From: a bacterium
Lineage (GTDB): Bacteria; Zixibacteria; MSB-5A5; GN15; FEB-12
Direction of reading: 5' to 3'
Length of the DNA: 55,318 bases
NCBI GenBank assembly: GCA_024230675.1
Contig: JAAERE010000079.1
Location: 1 to 55,318 of the forward strand
A model generated the notes under the pieces. The model saw only the letters and a list, made by a program, of their open reading frames with translations. It made no database searches and had not been told where the DNA came from. Shown piece after piece: positions 45,458-52,951 of this stretch; positions within the stretch are counted from its first letter, which is position 1, and every line of letters begins with the position of its first letter. Made by a program: the position numbers and the translations under genes.

Positions 45458-48400
45458 TTGAGCACCGCCACTTTCAATACCGCCTGGGCACCTGTCCACT
45501 CGTCGGTCAGAACCGCCAGGTAAACGCCGTTGAGGACCATCTGCCCTCTATCGTTGCGCCCATCCCATTCAAGTGTCCGAGAACCGGTGAGACCCTCAGC
45601 GGGAAGCGTCTTGCGATACACGATCTCTCCGGAAAGGGTTAGAATCCTGAATACGATCGTGCCCGCTTCCGCCTGAAAGAACTGGAACTCGGCCGGACGA
45701 GAAAGCGGGTTGAACGGGTTGTCTCGAATAATGAACGACCCCACAAGATCGGCAGCTACCGTAGTAAAAACCTCGCTGACCACCTCTTCCTCACCGCTCT
45801 GGCTGCTGATCTCAACTTGCTGCCCCCCTATGGGACCGGAGGCAAAAACGGCCTTTATGTCTTCCATCATCAACGAGACGCCAAAGACGCCGCCAGCATT
45901 GGCAAGTATCCTGGAGCGCAGCACCAACTCAACGGGTGAAGTGCCGTTGATGATGTAGTCTTCGAATGTGAGATTGAGACGATTACCACCGGCAGTGGCC
46001 CGGGTGACTTCGCGTAAACCGTCGAACAATCCGGTACTCCCCACCTCCAGCACAGACCTCACGCTGACGGGCTGTCCTTCGGCATCCTTAAGGGCAAACG
46101 ACATCGATTGCATCGCGACGGCTGTTACCGAGGACGTGCCTTTGTTGTCGAGAACCAGGCGAATCAGATCGCGGGTTTTGCCGGGGAAAACAACGTTTGG
46201 AAGAACCGGTTCGGCTGAGACGAGCAGCTCCAAATCCTCGGAAAGCACGGCCAGATTGGTCTCAAACTCGGTCTCACCGATTTGCGCGGGTAGACCCGTG
46301 TTTATGTCCAACGGGATTTCTGTTAGCCCGAAGTTGATCGTTAGGGAAGTGTCGAAGGATGGCGCCAGGAACTCAATACCGGCCGGCTGGCCAACCTCCA
46401 CCGACAGGACGAGCGGGTCGGGGACGCCCAGATCCAGACCGTTGGTGGTGAGAGTGAATTCACCGTCGGAGGTCTCGGCCTCACCGCTGTTAACGATGGT
46501 CAGGATCAGATCAAAGTCATCGTTGACCGTCACATAGCCATCGCTGGCCCCGCGCAACAGAACGGACACCGTCAGGAGCGCCGGTTCCTGGATCATAGCC
46601 TGAGCTATGTTGTCGATAGGCGGCAGTTGATTTACCCCCAGGCTGGTTATGTCTACGCGGAAGATCTCGGAGGCATTGGCCACCGGAGAGGCCTGCACGA
46701 CAATGAAAGAATCTATAACGCTCTCGCCGGGCACGCCGGGGATAGTGTGGTCGGACTCAAAGACGGAAGCGCCGTCCGATACCAGGCGGATATTGAAAGG
46801 TGGTTGGTCTGTCGTTGACAGATTGGCGATCCGGAAAGAAATCCTGAATTCCTGATTCGTATTTACGTTTGGGCTATTGGGCGCTACTACAGAGACTTCG
46901 GTTATCTGCACAGTTGGTAGTTCTTCGACCACCACAGCCTGGCTGTCGAAGTCGGTCGTGAAGGTCAGCCAATTGGCTGAACCCTCCCTATGGAACGTGA
47001 CTGTGGCCGCAACTTCCAGGGAGTCACCCAGATGACTGGGGGGAATGAACACCTGGCCCGTCGTCACATGATTGAGTCCGGGGATTAGTGAATCGCCTTC
47101 CACCACCAGACTGGCGGCCGCAGAAAAACTCCCGCCACTGATCAGGAACCAACTCAGGTCGTAGTCCAAGTGCACCGGAGACGACCCGCCCAGCGAGAAG
47201 TCGAATTCGAAGGTTGATTCCTGGCCAGAGGACACCTCAACCGGACCGAAACTGCCCGGCACATACCCGAGAGCGGGAGCGAGTAACAGGAACAGGGAAT
47301 CGGTCGGGGATGGGTCCAGACAAAATACGCTGCCTCCCGACGACAATCGAAAGTCCAGTCTGACGTCGAACCAACCCTCGGTCAGACCAAGACTGGAATC
47401 GACCATGGCTTCCAGATCGGCATAGCTTATTATCGAGTCTTCAAACGCCGCGTATTTCGGCGAGCCATCGTATATAGTTGCGATTACGGAGTCGGAAGCG
47501 CTCACCAGATGAACCGCCAGGCTGGTGCTGTCGATCGGGCCGGCAAAACCGCCGGTGGACACATCGAAGGACATATCGAACGAAACCCCGACGAACACAG
47601 ACTCGGGCACCAGGGAACCCTCGACAAGGCCGAAGTCAGCCGAGGGCAGGATTGTGACCGGCGTTCGCACCGTATCGGTGACCGCCAGCAGGCTGTCGGC
47701 GGGTTGGTAGGCGCTTTCCAATACCAGGACCAGCGTATCTTCCCCCGCGCTCAGGCCGGTTGTTGGCAGATCAATCTCCAGCGTATCCTGCATACCGCTG
47801 GTCTTGGGAGGGAAAAAGACTTTCACCGAGCCGCCGCCTGAAGCAAAAAACGCCTTCAATGTAGGCTCGGACTCGGCCAAAAGATCCCCGCCGTTTGATA
47901 CAGGTACCTTGATGGTAGCCGGCAGATCAGAGTAAACGCTTTCAACGGGATCGCCAAGGCGGTCGAAAACCGACAATATCTCGTAGCCGCTGTAGGAGAC
48001 CAGCGTCGACAGCGAAGAAACGCCTGAATTGGATGCGGTTATGGCGACCGTCCCGGAGGAGCCCTCATAAACCACGCCCAGCGGCAAAAAGTCTACTACT
48101 CCTGCCGCAAAGAGACTGGAGTCGCTAATGACATCCGGCGCTAGCAGCCCGGAGTCCGGGGCCAATTGGATAGGATCCCCGGCAAAATCATAGTCGGTCA
48201 CCAAAGCGGAGTTTTCATCGAGCAACAACACTCGAGCCGTACCGTGCAGAGGATAGCCGACTACCTGTTCGGATGCGATCTCAAGAACTAGTCGATCCAA
48301 AGCCTCAGCCTCGAACACCGCGGCGCCGGAGTCTGCGGCTGCTTGAGAAGTAGTCGCGTGACCGGATTCGCGGGACTGGGCGAAGGTTGTTTGAGACGTG

Positions 48401-48489
48401 ACAAAAAGCGTCAGCGTCAGCCAGAGGATTGCGAGCAGGATATGTTGCGCTCTTTTCACCAAATCAACTTTGTTTAGCGTGCAAAACAT
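45454..48489 (-). CDS. Large acidic Ser-rich secreted surface protein (tandem Ig/CARDB-like beta-sandwich regions) with T9SS-type / FlgD-Ig-like C-terminal domain
   Basis: 1011 aa. Signal peptide ...LTLTLFVTSQTTFAQS. C-terminus IRDNPFNPLSRPAEFQFF...IVFRILTLSGEIVYRK...LEWDGRNDRGQMVLNGVYLAVLT...LKVAVLK. I recognise no catalytic motif. Confidence 0.7.
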   Translation of the reverse strand: MFCTLNKVDLVKRAQHILLAILWLTLTLFVTSQTTFAQSRESGHATTSQAAADSGAAVFEAEALDRLVLEIASEQVVGYPLHGTARVLLLDENSALVTDYDFAGDPIQLAPDSGLLAPDVISDSSLFAAGVVDFLPLGVVYEGSSGTVAITASNSGVSSLSTLVSYSGYEILSVFDRLGDPVESVYSDLPATIKVPVSNGGDLLAESEPTLKAFFASGGGSVKVFFPPKTSGMQDTLEIDLPTTGLSAGEDTLVLVLESAYQPADSLLAVTDTVRTPVTILPSADFGLVEGSLVPESVFVGVSFDMSFDVSTGGFAGPIDSTSLAVHLVSASDSVIATIYDGSPKYAAFEDSIISYADLEAMVDSSLGLTEGWFDVRLDFRLSSGGSVFCLDPSPTDSLFLLLAPALGYVPGSFGPVEVSSGQESTFEFDFSLGGSSPVHLDYDLSWFLISGGSFSAAASLVVEGDSLIPGLNHVTTGQVFIPPSHLGDSLEVAATVTFHREGSANWLTFTTDFDSQAVVVEELPTVQITEVSVVAPNSPNVNTNQEFRISFRIANLSTTDQPPFNIRLVSDGASVFESDHTIPGVPGESVIDSFIVVQASPVANASEIFRVDITSLGVNQLPPIDNIAQAMIQEPALLTVSVLLRGASDGYVTVNDDFDLILTIVNSGEAETSDGEFTLTTNGLDLGVPDPLVLSVEVGQPAGIEFLAPSFDTSLTINFGLTEIPLDINTGLPAQIGETEFETNLAVLSEDLELLVSAEPVLPNVVFPGKTRDLIRLVLDNKGTSSVTAVAMQSMSFALKDAEGQPVSVRSVLEVGSTGLFDGLREVTRATAGGNRLNLTFEDYIINGTSPVELVLRSRILANAGGVFGVSLMMEDIKAVFASGPIGGQQVEISSQSGEEEVVSEVFTTVAADLVGSFIIRDNPFNPLSRPAEFQFFQAEAGTIVFRILTLSGEIVYRKTLPAEGLTGSRTLEWDGRNDRGQMVLNGVYLAVLTDEWTGAQAVLKVAVLK

Positions 48490-48752
48490 TAGAACCGGTA
48501 TCTAAGGATGTGAGCAAACTCTATGCCCCAACCCATTGCGCCACAGATAAATAGCGGAAAAATATTCCCTTAGTTATCCACATCTAGTCGCACGCGTAAG
48601 AGCTTTGATGTTAATGAGTTATGGTCACTTTTTGAACAGCATCTTGATTTAGGAGAAGCCAGGATAGGATCGGTGCAACCCGCGAGGGCAGCGGTAATCT
48701 CCCGCGATGCAGTCGCTTGCACCATAAGCGCAACCTGACGGCATGCTAGTTG

Positions 48753-49643
48753 CTAGCTGTCGATGCCTGTCAAGATCTCAGCGGCTGTTACAGTGTTGGT
48801 CATCAGCATAGCAATGGTCAGTGGCCCCACTCCCCCGGGCACTGGAGTGATGTGAGAGACCTTGTCAGCGACCGCCTCAAATGCTACGTCGCCGACCAGG
48901 CGATAGCCCTTCTCCGTGCCGGCGTCCTCCACACGGTTGATCCCGACATCGATCACTACGGCCCCGTCTTTCACCATATCAGCCGTAATCATCTCGGGCC
49001 GTCCGATAGCCGCAACCAGAATGTCGGCCCGCCTGGTTACTTCAGCAAGATCGGGTGTGCGCGAGTGGGCCACCGTGACGGTGGCGTTGGCCGTACGTCC
49101 CTTCTGCATGAGCAAAGCCGCAACCGGTTTACCTACGATGTTGGATCGCCCTACGACAACCACTTCCTTGCCCTCGGGGTCGATATCGTAATGCTCGAGG
49201 AGTTTGATTATACCGAAGGGTGTACACGAGATCAGAGCCGGCCGACCCAGCAAAAGCAGGCCGACGTTGTGAGGATGAAAACCATCCACGTCCTTGTCGG
49301 GACGAATCGCCAGCGTGACGGTCATTTCGTCAATGTGAGACGGCAGCGGCGACTGGACCAGGATGCCGTGAATCTGGTCGTTTTCGTTTAGCTGCCGGAC
49401 GATATCCAGAAGTTCGTCCTGACTGGTACCGGCGCTCTTCAGAATAATCTCGGAGTACAGTCCGAGTTTGTCACAGGCCCTGCCCTTGCTTGCGACGTAC
49501 GTCTGCGAGGCCGGATCATCCCCCACCAGTACGGCGGCCAGTCCGGGCGTAACGCCTTTTTCTTTGAGGGCGGCAATACGCGGCTTGAGTTCTTTGCGGA
49601 TGCGGGCCGAAACCTTTTTGCCTTCTATGATCGTAGCTGCCAT
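48753..49643 (-). CDS. folD: Bifunctional methylenetetrahydrofolate dehydrogenase / methenyltetrahydrofolate cyclohydrolase FolD
   Basis: 296 aa. [54 protein letters not shown]. Confidence 0.95.
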   Translation of the reverse strand: MAATIIEGKKVSARIRKELKPRIAALKEKGVTPGLAAVLVGDDPASQTYVASKGRACDKLGLYSEIILKSAGTSQDELLDIVRQLNENDQIHGILVQSPLPSHIDEMTVTLAIRPDKDVDGFHPHNVGLLLLGRPALISCTPFGIIKLLEHYDIDPEGKEVVVVGRSNIVGKPVAALLMQKGRTANATVTVAHSRTPDLAEVTRRADILVAAIGRPEMITADMVKDGAVVIDVGINRVEDAGTEKGYRLVGDVAFEAVADKVSHITPVPGGVGPLTIAMLMTNTVTAAEILTGIDS

Positions 49644-49660
49644 ACTCTCAGGTCCCCCTG

Positions 49661-50488
49661 TCAGTCCATCCCGCTGGAGCCGTTGTTCTGCACATCGGAT
49701 AGATCAAAGCCGCGAGAAAAACGTTCAATATGTTTGGCGGCGCCGGTGTCGGCGTCGATCCTGACAATCACGCCCATTATCTTGACATCACCGGAGGCAG
49801 TCGTAAACCTCTTCGGCATGCCGGTTACAAAACGTCCCAGCGAAGGACCTTTGTCCATGCCAATGATAGAATCCTGAGGCCCGGTCATGCCGGCATCCGT
49901 CAGGTAAGCAGTACCTTCGGGAGAGATTCTCTCGTCCGCGGTCGGTACGTGGGTGTGCGTCCCGATCAACGCTGAGACGCGGCCGTCGAGATAATGCGCC
50001 AGAGCCTGTTTCTCCGAAGTAGCTTCGGCGTGAAAATCGACAAAGATCACCGGCGTCTCTTTTGACATCTGTTCGACATCGCGGGCCGCCTGGCGAAAGG
50101 GGCAATCGATGTTGTTCATGTATGTCCGCCCCATCAGGTTAAGCACGCCGATCTTATGCGTACCGACCGTGTCGACGAAAGCACCGCTGCCGGGAACGCC
50201 GGGGGGATAGTTGCCGGGTCTCAGGAGGCGCGGGGTTTCGGCGATGTATTCCAGAATCTGGACGCGGTCCCAGATATGATTGCCCGAAGTCTGCAGATCG
50301 ATTCCGTAGGCGAACATCTTGCGGGACATTTCCGGAGTAATGCCGAAGCCTCCGGCGGCGTTTTCGACGTTGGCGATGACGTAGTCGACCTCAAATTCTT
50401 CCTTGAGCGGCTTAATCATGTGAGCTGTCGCCTGGCGACCCGGTTTGCCACAAATATCAGCGACAAACATCACGGTAAGTAAGGACAT
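49661..50488 (-). CDS. ymdB: YmdB-family (TIGR00282) metallophosphoesterase / 2',3'-cyclic-nucleotide 2'-phosphodiesterase
   Basis: 275 aa. [54 protein letters not shown]. Lies directly downstream of rny, as in Bacillus. Confidence 0.9.
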   Translation of the reverse strand: MSLLTVMFVADICGKPGRQATAHMIKPLKEEFEVDYVIANVENAAGGFGITPEMSRKMFAYGIDLQTSGNHIWDRVQILEYIAETPRLLRPGNYPPGVPGSGAFVDTVGTHKIGVLNLMGRTYMNNIDCPFRQAARDVEQMSKETPVIFVDFHAEATSEKQALAHYLDGRVSALIGTHTHVPTADERISPEGTAYLTDAGMTGPQDSIIGMDKGPSLGRFVTGMPKRFTTASGDVKIMGVIVRIDADTGAAKHIERFSRGFDLSDVQNNGSSGMD

Positions 50489-50556
50489 TGGAGCTCTTTT
50501 CTAAGGCGGAAGTTGTGTCGCCCTGACCGCTCCGCCGGTCCCGATCAGGTCCCCCC

Positions 50557-50598
50557 AAAAACAAAAAATACAGGTGGAGTTTACTAAAACCCCACCTG
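50557..50598 (-). terminator. Rho-independent terminator after rny
   Basis: Minus-strand RNA CAGGUGG-(14-nt loop)-CCACCUG followed by UAUUUUUUGUUUUU. Confidence 0.75.
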
Positions 50599-50636
50599 AT
50601 AATCAACAGCTTTGTGCGGCCGCTTATCGGCGCAAC

Positions 50637-52199
50637 CTACTTGGCGAATTCGGTGGCTCGCATCTCGCGAATAACCGTCACCTTGATCTGGCCGGGATAT
50701 TGCATGTCGGCCTCAATCTTCTCGGCGATGTCACTGGCCAGAATAGTACTCGCCAGATCCCCGATCTTGTCGTGCTCCACAATGACCCGCACCTCTCGTC
50801 CGGCCTGTATAGCATAGGCCTTGGAAACTCCCTTGAAACTGTCGGCTACTTCCTCGAGTTGTGTCAGCCGCTTGATGTAAGCCTCGAGCGGTTCGCGCCG
50901 GGCGCCCGGACGAGACCCGGACACGGCGTCAGCCGTCTGCACCAGCACCGGATAGGGGCTCAGCATCGGGACATCGCCATGATGACTCTCCGCAGCGTTG
51001 ACCACGAGTTCGTGTTCTTTGTAGCGCCGCAGGAAATCGGACCCGATCTGGGTATGAGTTCCCTCCGTCACTCGGTCAACGGCCTTGCCGACATCGTGCA
51101 GAAGGCCGCATCGCTTGGCCAGAACATCGTCGAGCTCCAACTGGGCCGCCAGCAGACCGCACAGCATGGCGACTTCTTTGGAGTGAGCCAGAACGTTCTG
51201 CCCGTACGAAGTACGATAGTTTAGCTTGCCCAACATCTTGATCAGGTCCTGATGCATGCCGTGCACGCCGAGTTCAAAACAGGCTTGCTCGCCGGCTTCG
51301 CGAACGATAACGTCCATCTCCTTGGCAGACTTCTCAACCACTTCCTCGATCCGGGTGGGGTGAATACGGCCGTCGGAGACAAGTTTGTCCAGAGCCATAC
51401 GAGCTATCTCCCGGCGCACCGGGTCGTAGCCGGAGAGGATCACGGCCTCGGGGGTGTCGTCAACAATGACGTCAATGCCGGTCGCCGTCTCAAACGCGCG
51501 GATATTGCGGCCCTCGCGTCCAATGATTCGCCCTTTCATCTCATCGTTGGGCAGGCTGACCACCGATACGGTAGTTTCAACCGTGTGATCGGCCGCACAG
51601 CGATAGATCGACTGAAGGATTATCTCTTTGGCCTCTTTGTCAGCTTCCTGTTCGGCCTTTTCCTTGATTTCTTTGATATGGGCAGCTGCCTCAAGTTTGG
51701 CCTCACCTGTCATGTTGTCCATGAGCTGCTTTTTGGCCTCCTCGGGCGTCATCTGGGCTATTTTTTGCAGTTTCTCATTCTGAGATTCCAGCGTTCGATG
51801 GAGCTCTTCCTCACGCAGTTCGATCCCCTTTTCGCGACCGTGAAGCTGCTTGGTCCGATTGGTCAGGTCTTGTTCTTTGGACTCAATCAGGTCCATCTTC
51901 CTCTGGACAGTGCCGTTTTTCTCTTCAACTTGTTTCTCCAAGGTTTCGAGCTTGCGCCGTTTTTCCTCGGAAGTCTGGTCGAATTGGGCCTTGGCCTTCA
52001 GAGATTTCTCGCGAGCTTCCAGCAGGGCTTCCTTCTTGCGAATTTCGCCCTCTTTTTCGGCCTCGATGACTATTCGTTTGGCCTCTTCCGCGGTTCGGAC
52101 CAGGCTCTTCTCACCTATATTTCGGGACATAAACCAAGCCGCGACAAAACCAACGACGGCGGCGCCCACGACAACTACTAAGATGGTCAAAGTGTCCAT
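50637..52199 (-). CDS. rny: Ribonuclease Y
   Basis: 520 aa. N-terminal TM, long Lys/Glu coiled coil, KH domain GRIIGREGRNIRAFE, HD domain LLHDVGKA. Confidence 0.96.
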   Translation of the reverse strand: MDTLTILVVVVGAAVVGFVAAWFMSRNIGEKSLVRTAEEAKRIVIEAEKEGEIRKKEALLEAREKSLKAKAQFDQTSEEKRRKLETLEKQVEEKNGTVQRKMDLIESKEQDLTNRTKQLHGREKGIELREEELHRTLESQNEKLQKIAQMTPEEAKKQLMDNMTGEAKLEAAAHIKEIKEKAEQEADKEAKEIILQSIYRCAADHTVETTVSVVSLPNDEMKGRIIGREGRNIRAFETATGIDVIVDDTPEAVILSGYDPVRREIARMALDKLVSDGRIHPTRIEEVVEKSAKEMDVIVREAGEQACFELGVHGMHQDLIKMLGKLNYRTSYGQNVLAHSKEVAMLCGLLAAQLELDDVLAKRCGLLHDVGKAVDRVTEGTHTQIGSDFLRRYKEHELVVNAAESHHGDVPMLSPYPVLVQTADAVSGSRPGARREPLEAYIKRLTQLEEVADSFKGVSKAYAIQAGREVRVIVEHDKIGDLASTILASDIAEKIEADMQYPGQIKVTVIREMRATEFAK

Positions 52200-52299
52200 A
52201 GTGTCCTCCCGTCCGGTCGGAAAACCAGACGTCTCGGAATATATGATAATGATAGCAGAGGGTTAGAAGAACACCGGCGATTGTGGTGAGGATAGGCCG

Positions 52300-52623
52300 T
52301 TATGGCGTCGGTTGGTCGTCGCCCAGAGCCCGGTCGAGCCGAGCCAGGACTTCATCCAGATTCGTTTTTCTTGTGGCGGCCGACTCCCGAACGGACTCGG
52401 CATTATCCAAAATCTCCGAAGCCAAGGAAAGAGCGGTCAATATTGCCACCTTTTCTCTGGCACGCGTTCGACTTCGACGGGCCACATCCTGCATTCTGGA
52501 ATCAAGAAAATCAGCGATTTTGGAGATGTACGCCGGATCATCTGATCCGGTTATAGGGTACTCTTCTCCAAATATTTTAACAACGACCTTATTTTCAACC
52601 GACGGGCTAGACAAAGCTCCCAT
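52300..52623 (-). CDS. zapA: Cell division protein ZapA
   Basis: 107 aa. VKIFGEEYPITGSDDPAYISKIADFLDSRMQDV...REKVAILTALSLASE. Confidence 0.85.
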   Translation of the reverse strand: MGALSSPSVENKVVVKIFGEEYPITGSDDPAYISKIADFLDSRMQDVARRSRTRAREKVAILTALSLASEILDNAESVRESAATRKTNLDEVLARLDRALGDDQPTP

Positions 52624-52706
52624 CCAGTCACAACAAGTTGTATTATTCTATCCCACTATCGTTTAATGTCTTATACCAATATATTAGAACCGTGTCAAGA
52701 AAAATC

Positions 52707-52949
52707 TCAGAGTCCGCTTTTCTCGAGCTCTTCGATCCGGCCCAGAACCGATACCAGTTTGCTCCGGATCACATCCGCCTGATCGTTCTGGCTCAATTTC
52801 ATGCTGTCAAGATCCTGTTGCAGTTGGCCAAGTTGCGACCTGAGCGAAGCGTTTTCGTCTTTCAGAGACGCGTTGTCCCGCTTGAGGCTTTCGAGCCGGT
52901 CCAGGACTTGCGAAACTTTCTTATCCAGCAGTTCAAGCCTATCCGACAT
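52707..52949 (-). CDS. Small coiled-coil protein, ZapB-like
   Basis: 80 aa, almost entirely heptad-repeat Leu/Asp/Lys/Gln sequence. Lies immediately upstream of zapA and 2 nt downstream of pheT. Confidence 0.5.
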   Translation of the reverse strand: MSDRLELLDKKVSQVLDRLESLKRDNASLKDENASLRSQLGQLQQDLDSMKLSQNDQADVIRSKLVSVLGRIEELEKSGL

Positions 52950-52951
52950 AA

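Noticed and set aside
52200-52299. Possible 6S RNA (ssrS) downstream of zapA, as in E. coli.
   Set aside because: The zapA-rny gap is only 100 nt, which is too short for a ~180-nt 6S RNA. It also shows no long imperfect hairpin with a central bubble.
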